Virus record (IMG/VR): IMGVR_UViG_2802429220_000008
Coordinates: 1 to 18,046 of that record
Origin: a virus
Taxonomy: Duplodnaviria > Heunggongvirae > Uroviricota > Caudoviricetes
Length of the DNA: 18,046 nucleotides
Strand: one strand, 5' to 3'
How positions within the stretch are numbered: position 1 is the first letter of the stretch; every line of letters starts with the position of its first letter. Below the pieces are notes generated by a model. That model saw only the letters and a list, made by a program, of their open reading frames with translations. It had not been told where the DNA came from and ran no database searches. Both the position numbers and the translations under genes were made by a program. Below are positions 7,612 to 14,397 of this stretch, in pieces.

Positions 7612-7716
7612 ATGTCGGATGATATTTCACTGGCAATGGAAGGTGCTCTGGCTGTTATTGCTGTTGTGGGCGTTTACTGCCTGGTTGTGTTTTTGATGGA
7701 TCGACTAGGGAACTGA
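7612..7716 (+). CDS. Small hydrophobic membrane peptide (34 aa)
   Basis: MSDDISLAMEGALAVIAVVGVYCLVVFLMDRLGN; AAGGAGGG RBS 5 nt upstream. Below the track size cut-off. Confidence 0.5.
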   Translation: MSDDISLAMEGALAVIAVVGVYCLVVFLMDRLGN

Positions 7717-7758
7717 ATTCATTACGATATGGGAATTCCCATATCGGGTAAAAACGGT

Positions 7759-7786
7759 TTGCGGTAAAGCGAGAGTTAAGTAGAAT
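7759..7786 (+). promoter_or_regulatory. Candidate promoter of the hok/mok mRNA
   Basis: -35 TTGCGG (7759-7764), 16-bp spacer, -10 TAGAAT (7781-7786); predicted 5' leader begins with gcgggtgcttgagg, complementary to the 3' end of the transcript. Confidence 0.45.
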
Positions 7787-7849
7787 TGCTGCGGGTGCTT
7801 GAGGCTGTCTGCCTCGGGCATGCCACCGTAAGGCAGACAGAGAAAAGCC

Positions 7850-7915
7850 CCAGTTAACATTACGCGTCCTGCAAGACGCCTAACATTAATCTGAGGCCAA
7901 TTTCATGCTAGACAT
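7850..7915 (-). ncRNA. Predicted Sok-like antisense RNA region (boundaries uncertain)
   Basis: Inferred from hok-family organisation; candidate minus-strand promoter -35 TTGCCT (7948..7943), 17-bp spacer, -10 TAACCT (7925..7920) would give an RNA antisense to the mok start; no clean terminator found. Confidence 0.25.
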
Positions 7916-8117
7916 ATGTAGGTTAGCCTCTTACGCGCCGAAAGGCAAGGAGAAGCAGGCTATGAAGCAGCAAAAGGCGATGTTAATCGCCCTGATCGTC
8001 ATCTGTATCACCGTCATAGTGACGGCACTGGTAACGAGGAAAGACCTCTGCGAGGTACGAATCCGAACCGGCCAGACGGAGGTCGCTGTCTTCACAGCTT
8101 ACGAACCTGAGGAGTAA
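7905..8117 (+). CDS. Mok-like reading frame (in-frame leader encompassing hok)
   Basis: 70-aa ORF MLDICRLASYAPKGKEKQAMKQQK... with GAGG 8 nt upstream; same frame as hok, resembling the arrangement remembered for MokC/HokC. Confidence 0.5.
   Translation: MLDICRLASYAPKGKEKQAMKQQKAMLIALIVICITVIVTALVTRKDLCEVRIRTGQTEVAVFTAYEPEE
7962..8117 (+). CDS. hok: Hok/Gef-family type I toxin (HokD/RelF-like, 51 aa)
   Basis: MKQQKAMLIALIVICITVIVTALVTRKDLCEVRIRTGQTEVAVFTAYEPEE: single TM helix plus conserved TRKDLCE...REVA.F.AYE motif. Confidence 0.9.
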   Translation: MKQQKAMLIALIVICITVIVTALVTRKDLCEVRIRTGQTEVAVFTAYEPEE

Positions 8118-8185
8118 GAGACCTGGCGAGGGAGAAATCCCTCGCCACCTCTGATGAATCAGGCATCCTCAACGCACCCGCACTT

Positions 8186-8212
8186 AACCCGCTTCGGCGG
8201 GTTTTGTTTTTT
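8186..8212 (+). terminator. Intrinsic terminator of the hok transcript
   Basis: Stem aacccgc/gcgggtt, loop ttcg, followed by ttgtttttt; sits directly after the fbi-like element at 8167-8181. Confidence 0.7.
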
Positions 8213-8284
8213 CCTGGCATTCTGGTTTACAATTCGCACGCCAGCCTGAACAACTGGCACCTGCTGCGCCAGCAGAGACAACCG

Positions 8285-8563
8285 ATGGCGCACGATACCA
8301 AATTATACAATTCTGATGATTCTGCCGTCTTTGCCAGCAGGCGCGGACGGTGTTTTCACGCATTCAAATCTGACTGGTACCAGCATCCCCCATGCACTGA
8401 AGAACAGGCCGAATGGCTCATTCAGTGTTACCGCAGGCGCGGATGCGAGGTTAAAAAAGCCCTTAGCCTCGACTACCGTCACTGGATAATCTCCGTCAGG
8501 CTCCCTTACTCCGAACGGCCACCGCGTCCGTCCCGCACATTCCAGCAACGGATCTGGAGGTAA
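8285..8563 (+). CDS. Hypothetical protein (position equivalent to rem in Qin); start uncertain
   Basis: ORF 8204..8563 in track; ATG at 8285 avoids overlap with the hok terminator; weak RBS; Cys/Arg-rich product. Confidence 0.4.
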   Translation: MAHDTKLYNSDDSAVFASRRGRCFHAFKSDWYQHPPCTEEQAEWLIQCYRRRGCEVKKALSLDYRHWIISVRLPYSERPPRPSRTFQQRIWR

Positions 8564-8564
8564 T

Positions 8565-9614
8565 GTGCGGGTATTACTTCGACCTGTTCTGGTACCGGAA
8601 CTCGGTCTGGTTATCGTTAAGCCAGGCCGTGAATCAATGTCAGCATTCCATAACGGCAGAATACTGGTGGAGCCGGAACCAAAAAGCATGCGAGCTCTGC
8701 CGTCCGGGGTTGTACCTGCCGTTCACCAGCCGCTGGCGGAAGATAAATCACTACTGCCATTTTTCAGCGATGAGCGGGTGAGCCGTGCTGCGGGTGGCGC
8801 TGGTGCACTGTCTGACTGGTTATTACGTCACGTGAAATCCTGCCAGTGGCTACACGGTGATTATCATCACAGCGAAACCGTCATTCACCGTTACGGTACC
8901 GGCGCAATGGTGTTGTGCTGGCACTGCGACAACCAGCTGCGTGACCAGACATCCGAATCACTCGAGCAACTTGCTCATCAAAACCTGTCAGCATGGATGA
9001 TTGACGTCATCGGTCACGCAATAAGCGGTACGCAGGAGCGTGAATTATCTCTGGCTGAATTATCCTGGTGGGCGGTCCGCAATCAGGTGGCGGACGCGCT
9101 ACCGGAAGCGGTATTACGTCGTTCGCTGGGGTTGCGTGCGGAAAAAATCCGCTCCATGTACCGTGAAAGCGACATCGTACCGGGAGAGCAGACCGCCACC
9201 AGCATACTGAAACAGCGCACAAAAAATCTTGCGCCGCTGCCTCACGCCCACCAGCAACAGAACCCACCACAGGAAAAGACGGTGGTCAGCATTGCCGTTG
9301 ATCCTGAGTCTCCGGAATCTTTCATGAAACGACCTAAACGTCGCCGCTGGGTTAACGAGAAATACACTCGCTGGGTGAAGACACAGCCGTGTGCGTGTTG
9401 TGGTAAGCCAGCCGACGATCCCCATCACCTGATTGGTCATGGTCAGGGCGGAATGGGGACAAAATCTCACGATATTTTCACGCTACCGCTGTGTCGGGAG
9501 CATCATAACGAGCTTCATGCGGATCCGCTGGCGTTCGAAGAAAAGCATGGTTCTCAGGTTGATTTAATTTTTCGTTTTCTTGATCACGCCTTTGCAACCG
9601 GTGTGCTTGGGTAA
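8565..9614 (+). CDS. DUF968-domain protein (YdfU-like)
   Basis: 349 aa; C-terminal Cys/His-rich motif CACCGKPADDPHHLIGHGQGGMGTKSHD...LCREHHNELH; GGAGG just upstream of GTG start at 8565. Confidence 0.75.
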   Translation: MRVLLRPVLVPELGLVIVKPGRESMSAFHNGRILVEPEPKSMRALPSGVVPAVHQPLAEDKSLLPFFSDERVSRAAGGAGALSDWLLRHVKSCQWLHGDYHHSETVIHRYGTGAMVLCWHCDNQLRDQTSESLEQLAHQNLSAWMIDVIGHAISGTQERELSLAELSWWAVRNQVADALPEAVLRRSLGLRAEKIRSMYRESDIVPGEQTATSILKQRTKNLAPLPHAHQQQNPPQEKTVVSIAVDPESPESFMKRPKRRRWVNEKYTRWVKTQPCACCGKPADDPHHLIGHGQGGMGTKSHDIFTLPLCREHHNELHADPLAFEEKHGSQVDLIFRFLDHAFATGVLG

Positions 9615-9627
9615 AAGGGGGGTATTG

Positions 9628-9990
9628 ATGTGTATAGAGTTTGTTTTGCCTTACCCGCCGACGGTGAATACTTACTGGCGACGTCGTGGCAGCACATATT
9701 TTGTATCAAAAGCCGGGGAGCGTTATCGCCGGGCAGTGGCGTTTATTGTTCGCCAGCAGCAGTTGAAATTAAGCCTGTCCGGACGGCTGGCAATAAAAAT
9801 TATTGCAGAGCCACCGGATAAGCGCCGCCGTGACCTGGACAATATTCTGAAAGCACCGCTGGATGCGCTGACGCACGCGGGGTTGTTAATGGACGATGAA
9901 CAGTTTGATGAAATCAATATTGTACGTGGTCAGCCAGTATCTGGTGGACGGCTGGAAATAAGAATTACAGAGGTGGGTGTGCATGAATAA
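9628..9990 (+). CDS. rusA: RusA Holliday junction resolvase
   Basis: 120 aa from ATG 9628: LPYPPTVNTYW...RRRDLDNILKAPLDALTHAGLLMDDEQ...GGRLEIRITE, colinear with E. coli RusA. Confidence 0.9.
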   Translation: MCIEFVLPYPPTVNTYWRRRGSTYFVSKAGERYRRAVAFIVRQQQLKLSLSGRLAIKIIAEPPDKRRRDLDNILKAPLDALTHAGLLMDDEQFDEINIVRGQPVSGGRLEIRITEVGVHE

Positions 9991-10672
9991 CCAGTATTTA
10001 CAGTTTGTTCGTGAGCAACTCATGATTGCCACTGCAGATCTCAGTGGGTCGACAAAAGGCCAGCTGGAAGCCTGGCAGGAAAATGCCCTGTTCGATACAG
10101 GGCGTTACAGACGCAAAAAAATTCGTTACCGCGATGAGGTAACTGGAAAAATGATCACGCGGGATAATCCCCCGATCCAGGGTAAACAATCACTGGCGAA
10201 AGGCTCATCAATTGCGCTGGTCAGTCCTGTTGAGTTTGCAACATCATCGTGGCGGCGTGCCCTTCTGGAACTGGAAGAACATCAGAAGGCGTGGTTGTTG
10301 TGGTGTTATGGCGGAAACATTTGCTGGGAGCATCAGATCGCGATAACGCAGTGGGTGTGGAGTGAATTTAAAACTCAGTCCGGCTCCAGAAAAATTGCAG
10401 TGAAAACGCTGGAGCGTGTGAAGAAGTTGATCTGGCTGGCGGCACAGGATGTCAGAGGATGGGTTACCGGGTGTGAGGTCTACCAGAGACAGGAGCTTGC
10501 CAGACTGTGTGGAGTTAAGCCTGATAACTGGAGCCATAATTATGCGAACTACTGGCGTGAGATGTGCGATATTTTTAAGCGCCTCGATAGAGAATCCTTG
10601 ATTTGCTCCGTGAAAATAAGAGCGCAACAAAAAGCGACCTTTTCACGACGAGATATTGCAAAAGTCAATTAA
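9983..10672 (+). CDS. Late-gene antiterminator Q-like protein (Qin QuuQ / phage 82-type), assigned mainly by position
   Basis: 229 aa directly after rusA and before a short terminated region; start ATG 9983 overlaps the rusA stop with GAGG upstream; no sequence-level confirmation. Confidence 0.5.
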   Translation: MNNQYLQFVREQLMIATADLSGSTKGQLEAWQENALFDTGRYRRKKIRYRDEVTGKMITRDNPPIQGKQSLAKGSSIALVSPVEFATSSWRRALLELEEHQKAWLLWCYGGNICWEHQIAITQWVWSEFKTQSGSRKIAVKTLERVKKLIWLAAQDVRGWVTGCEVYQRQELARLCGVKPDNWSHNYANYWREMCDIFKRLDRESLICSVKIRAQQKATFSRRDIAKVN

Positions 10673-10732
10673 ATCGCGTATGTTTCGTATAAATCTGATA
10701 TTTTGCCGATTTTGTACGCGATGGCAAAGTAA

Positions 10733-10760
10733 GAAAAAACCACCGCTAGGTGGTTTTTTT
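10733..10760 (+). terminator. Intrinsic terminator about 60 bp after the Q-like gene (tR'-like candidate)
   Basis: A-tract, stem ccacc/ggtgg with loop gcta, then 7 Ts; candidate promoter elements TTGCAA (10656-10661) and TATGTT (10679-10684) upstream. Confidence 0.6.
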
Positions 10761-10883
10761 ATGTCCGAAAATCTCGTCAGTACAGTAAACGCGCTGGTGG
10801 TGGTGAATACCGGTCTTTCAGCTTGCTGGCTTTTTTGACAAGAGTTATTGGTGTGTCACGTTAACCGGAAAAGGGAAAAAGAC

Positions 10884-11081
10884 ATGCTGAAACAGCAGGA
10901 TATGACCGAAACCGCCAGAGTGGTGTTTAATGAATTAAGCGTCACTGAACCGGCGACAGTCGGGGAGATTGCGCAGAATACTTATCTTTCACGTGAACGC
11001 TGCCAGTTAATACTGACCCAGCTTGTTATGGCGGGGCTGGCAGACTATCAGTTCGGTTGTTACAGACGCCTTCAGTCCTGA
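10884..11081 (+). CDS. Small winged-helix-like protein (65 aa)
   Basis: MLKQQDMTETARVVFNELSVTEPATVGEIAQNTYLSRERCQLILTQLVMAGLADYQF; start moved to ATG 10884; followed by a terminator. Confidence 0.5.
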   Translation: MLKQQDMTETARVVFNELSVTEPATVGEIAQNTYLSRERCQLILTQLVMAGLADYQFGCYRRLQS

Positions 11082-11091
11082 AGGCTTTTTT
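11068..11091 (+). terminator. Intrinsic terminator
   Basis: Stem gccttcag/ctgaaggc around loop tc, then tttttt; overlaps the stop codon of the preceding small gene. Confidence 0.6.
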
Positions 11092-11232
11092 ATTTGTGGT
11101 AAATGGGCGGCTGGTGGGTGTTAGGGGCACTCACCAGCCATCTGCTCATGCGTCCGGATCACAAGCAAACCTCAGGCCCATCTGCTTTGCGCAAAAGCAG
11201 AATGAGCCTATCAGAGACAGGCTTAATGATCC

Positions 11233-12291
11233 ATGCTTAATACTGTAAAAATATCCAGTTGTGAGTTAATCAACGCCGACTGCCTGGAATTTATCCGGTC
11301 GTTACCCGAAAATTCTGTTGACCTGATAGTCACGGACCCGCCGTACTTTAAAGTGAAGCCTGAGGGCTGGGATAACCAGTGGAAGGGCGACGATGATTAC
11401 CTGAAGTGGCTGGACCAGTGTCTTGCGCAGTTCTGGCGGGTGCTGAAACCTGCCGGAAGTCTTTACCTGTTCTGTGGCCATCGCCTGGCATCTGATATCG
11501 AAATCATGATGCGTGAACGCTTCAGTGTGCTGAACCATATTATCTGGGCGAAGCCGTCCGGACGCTGGAACGGGTGCAACAAGGAAAGCCTGCGGGCGTA
11601 TTTTCCGGCAACAGAGCGCATTCTGTTCGCGGAACATTATCAGGGGCCGTATCGTCCGAAAGATGCCGGGTATGAGGCGAAGGGCAGGGCACTGAAACAG
11701 CATGTGATGGCCCCGCTGATTGCTTACTTTCGTGATGCGCGCGCTACCCTGGGGATAACGGCAAAACAGATTGTGGATGCCACAGGAAAGAAAAACATGG
11801 TGTCGCACTGGTTCAGTGCCAGCCAGTGGCAGTTACCGAACGAGGATGATTACAGAAAACTTCAGGTGCTGTTTGCCCGGGTGGCAGAAGAGAAACATCA
11901 GCGGGGTGAACTGGAAAAGCCACATCACCAACTGGTCAGCACATACAGTGAGCTGAACCGGCAGTATGCCAGCCTGCTGGAAGAGTACAAATCACTGCGG
12001 CGTTATTTTTCCGTATCGGCAGCCGTTCCTTATACGGATGTCTGGACGCACAAGCCTGTGCAGTATTATCCGGGCAAACATCCCTGTGAAAAACCGGCAG
12101 ATATGTTGCGGCAAATGATTACCGCCAGCAGTCGTCCGGGTGACCTGGTTGCAGATTTCTTCATGGGGTCCGGTTCGACAGTCAAAGCAGCGATGGCGCT
12201 GGGGCGTCGTGCAATTGGTGTCGAGCTGGAGGCTGAACGTTTTGAGCAGACCGCAAGGGATGTACAGAATTTAATCAGAAAGAGAGAGTGA
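11233..12291 (+). CDS. Orphan DNA methyltransferase (N6-adenine or N4-cytosine, DPPY motif)
   Basis: 352 aa; DLIVTDPPYF near the N-terminus and FFMGSGST near the C-terminus; no adjacent restriction endonuclease ORF. Confidence 0.8.
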   Translation: MLNTVKISSCELINADCLEFIRSLPENSVDLIVTDPPYFKVKPEGWDNQWKGDDDYLKWLDQCLAQFWRVLKPAGSLYLFCGHRLASDIEIMMRERFSVLNHIIWAKPSGRWNGCNKESLRAYFPATERILFAEHYQGPYRPKDAGYEAKGRALKQHVMAPLIAYFRDARATLGITAKQIVDATGKKNMVSHWFSASQWQLPNEDDYRKLQVLFARVAEEKHQRGELEKPHHQLVSTYSELNRQYASLLEEYKSLRRYFSVSAAVPYTDVWTHKPVQYYPGKHPCEKPADMLRQMITASSRPGDLVADFFMGSGSTVKAAMALGRRAIGVELEAERFEQTARDVQNLIRKRE

Positions 12292-12331
12292 TATTGCTGA
12301 ATTTATTCTGTAACGTTATCATTATGTTATC

Positions 12332-12407
12332 GGCCCTTTAGCTCAGTGGTGAGAGCGAGCGACTCATAATCGCCAGGTCGCTGGTTCAAATCCAGCAAGG
12401 GCCACCA
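12332..12407 (+). tRNA. tRNA with CAU anticodon (Met, or Ile2 if lysidine-modified)
   Basis: Manual fold: acceptor ggccctt/aagggcc, D-arm gctc..gagc, anticodon loop cuCAUaa, T-arm gctgg-ttcaaat-ccagc, 3' ACCA. Confidence 0.85.
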
Positions 12408-12408
12408 A

Positions 12409-12474
12409 CCGCCACTAGCTCATCAGGAAAGAACGTCACCCTGTGCGAGATTCGGAGTCCCCGGTGGCGGTCCA
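12409..12474 (+). other. tRNA-like remnant (perfect acceptor stem and CCA but too short, no canonical T-arm)
   Basis: ccgccac ... gtggcgg followed by tcca, 66 nt overall, sitting between two intact tRNAs where Stx-type phages carry three tRNAs. Confidence 0.35.
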
Positions 12475-12487
12475 TTATCAGCATTAT

Positions 12488-12564
12488 GCGTTGTTAGCTC
12501 AGCCGGACAGAGCAATTGCCTTCTAAGCAATCGGTCACTGGTTCGAATCCAGTACAACGCGCCA
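12488..12564 (+). tRNA. tRNA-Arg (anticodon UCU)
   Basis: Manual fold: acceptor gcgttgt/acaacgc, D-arm gctc..gagc, anticodon stem attgc/gcaat with loop cuUCUaa, T-arm cactg-gttcgaat-ccagt, GCCA end. Confidence 0.85.
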
Positions 12565-12575
12565 TATTTATTTAC

Positions 12576-12617
12576 CTGGCTCGCTTTTGCGGGCCTTTTT
12601 TGTATCTGCGTTACACC
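12576..12617 (+). repeat. Terminator-like element, copy A (ggctcgc-tttt-gcgggcc + ttttttgtatctgcg)
   Basis: Imperfect hairpin plus T-tract directly downstream of tRNA-Arg; about 80 percent identical to 13173-13213. Confidence 0.6.
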
Positions 12618-12653
12618 ATTAACTAATAAATCGAGTGCTTATCAGGAGGCTAT

Positions 12654-12878
12654 GTGAAAAAACTGATGGTGACGATTGGTCCGTTCGAAACAGAAGTTAG
12701 TTTTCGTGTTGTTCAGGGGGAGAGTGTACTTGTTGAAGATGTATTTCATGGAAAATCAACAGGTCCTTATGTAAAAGAATATCTTATCGACGCCACGGAT
12801 GAAAATATTGAGGTGGTGTACGATTCCGTCAATCACCCTGATTTGATCATTAAGGCAAAATTGAAGCCACTTTATTGA
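12654..12878 (+). CDS. Hypothetical small protein (74 aa), AT-rich cargo gene
   Basis: AGGAGG 4 nt upstream of GTG start; MKKLMVTIGPFETEVSFRVVQGESVLVEDVFHGK...; no family recognised. Confidence 0.5.
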   Translation: MKKLMVTIGPFETEVSFRVVQGESVLVEDVFHGKSTGPYVKEYLIDATDENIEVVYDSVNHPDLIIKAKLKPLY

Positions 12879-12930
12879 TCTGACCGGGAGCAATCATAAA
12901 ATATCTCTGGGTACCCACAAGGAGATAAAT

Positions 12931-13140
12931 ATGTTTGTTTCTGAAGTGTTAATGGAAGATAAGGACAACAAAGGATGGGTTAAAGGTTGGGCTGTGGTAA
13001 GAAGCTCGCCCTGGCATCTTGTTGGGGTTTTTGCGACAGAGGAAGACGCAGAAACGGAAGCAAGAAAGATGGGAGATAAGTACGAGGTTCACTATGGCTC
13101 GCATCGAACAGGAAGTGATGATTTTGTCTGGGGGGAGTAA
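12931..13140 (+). CDS. Hypothetical small protein (69 aa)
   Basis: AAGGAG 6 nt upstream of ATG; MFVSEVLMEDKDNKGWVKGWAVVRSSPWHLVGVFATEEDAETEARKMG...; no family recognised. Confidence 0.55.
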   Translation: MFVSEVLMEDKDNKGWVKGWAVVRSSPWHLVGVFATEEDAETEARKMGDKYEVHYGSHRTGSDDFVWGE

Positions 13141-13172
13141 CAGTCGTTTAACCCCAGAATAATCCCGTAACT

Positions 13173-13213
13173 GAGGTCGCTATTGGCGGCCTTTTTTGTA
13201 TCCGCGCCACGCC
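13173..13213 (+). repeat. Terminator-like element, copy B (ggtcgc-tatt-ggcggcc + ttttttgtatccgcg)
   Basis: Second copy of the element at 12576-12617; together they bracket the two small ORFs. Confidence 0.6.
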
Positions 13214-13329
13214 CGGCACATATCAACCACAGAGCCTTTCGGGGGTGAGCTTACGGAGTGGTCAGTGTGACTTTCTCTGTGGGCAGATCGCTCCCGGGCG
13301 TTGGCTCACCCACCCAAAGGAACGTCACG

Positions 13330-13761
13330 ATGTTTGGTATTTTCAAAAAGAAAACCCGCAGAGCAGCAGCGGAAATTAAAAAGTTTGAGAAACGTGATCT
13401 GGCACAGGCGGTTATTAATGCTGCCTATCTGGTGGCCTATGCAGATGGTGAATGTGAGGCTTCAGAGAAAGCGAAGATCGAGCAGGTCTTGCGTAACCAG
13501 CCAGCGTTGTCCGCGTTTACGTCAGAAATTAATGCTATCAGTGCCACGATCACAGGTCAGCTTGACACCAACTTTAAAATTGGTCGTCGAGCGGCGTTGC
13601 GTGAAATTGAAGATGTGAAACACGATACGCGTGAAGCGGAAGATGTGCTGGATGTGGCGGTGGCCATTGCTGAAGCAGATGGTGAAATTGAGCCGGAAGA
13701 GCGTAAGGTTCTGGAAGAGATCGCCGGTGTTCTTGGCCTGCGACTGGAGAACCACCTGTGA
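13330..13761 (+). CDS. TerB-like domain protein
   Basis: 143 aa from ATG 13330 (AGGA 8 nt upstream); two TerB-like repeats AYADGECEASEKAKIEQVL and AEADGEIEPEERKVLEEIAGVLGL. Confidence 0.6.
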   Translation: MFGIFKKKTRRAAAEIKKFEKRDLAQAVINAAYLVAYADGECEASEKAKIEQVLRNQPALSAFTSEINAISATITGQLDTNFKIGRRAALREIEDVKHDTREAEDVLDVAVAIAEADGEIEPEERKVLEEIAGVLGLRLENHL

Positions 13762-13922
13762 CGGTAAAACTGCGTCTGGCCGCTGTGGCACTCCTGCTGT
13801 TTCTGGTGGTGATGGTGGACTTCACCAGCAGGATCATGTCGGTGCTGGCGGATGGAGTGCTGGTGGTCGGTATTGTGGTGGTGCTTTTTCCTTTGGTGAA
13901 AAAGGAGATGTCAGGTAGTTAG
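13758..13922 (+). CDS. Small two-helix membrane protein (54 aa), translationally coupled to the TerB-like gene
   Basis: GTG start overlapping the TerB-like stop (GTGA); GGAGA 8 nt upstream; LLLFLVVMV and VLVVGIVVVLF hydrophobic segments. Below the track size cut-off. Confidence 0.35.
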   Translation: MTVKLRLAAVALLLFLVVMVDFTSRIMSVLADGVLVVGIVVVLFPLVKKEMSGS

Positions 13923-14156
13923 CCGGGTATCAGTCATGCCCTGAAAATTTTAAATGTCTCACAATTCAGACGGTTGACAGTTGTCTGGTTTGCGGGGAGT
14001 TTGTTAAAAGAAACTGGCATGGTGAATCCCCCTGAGCGGAGGGGCATATCAGCGCAGGTGTTTCTACTCTATCCTTTCTGTGCGGGTTCAGGTGCTGATA
14101 CTGAACTCACCGGGAGGCACCCGGCACCATGCAAGAAAAAGAATGTGCATGCAAAC

Positions 14157-14184
14157 ATGCCCCTCTCCGGAGGGGCATTTTTAT
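14157..14184 (+). terminator. Intrinsic terminator
   Basis: Perfect 9-bp stem atgcccctc/gaggggcat, loop tccg, then ttttat. Confidence 0.6.
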
Positions 14185-14397
14185 GGGTAAAAAATGCCCG
14201 AATGGGTTCGGGCAATAGCATGAGATACTGATATTGTTGTGTTGTTATCGTGTGGATTTTAACCAGGGTTTATCAGGCTGCGCAACTGCGTGGCCTTTTT
14301 TCATTTCTTGGGCTGTAGTCCCCGTGTGTCATTCAGGCTTCCGGACTACAGCCCACTCCATATCTGATTTAATACACTATCCCGGCCGGGAGGAATA

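Noticed and set aside
8303-8689. 128-aa minus-strand ORF
   Set aside because: Antisense to the Rem-like and DUF968 genes; no RBS.
924-14125. Shared small hairpin motif cc(t/g)gg-aggca-cc(a/c)gg at about 924-938 (minus strand) and 14111-14125 (plus strand)
   Set aside because: Too short (15 nt) and on opposite strands; likely coincidence.
13974-14231. 85-aa plus-strand ORF in the TerB-nanS intergenic region
   Set aside because: The frame runs through three stable hairpins including an intrinsic terminator; no RBS; more likely structured non-coding RNA or DNA.
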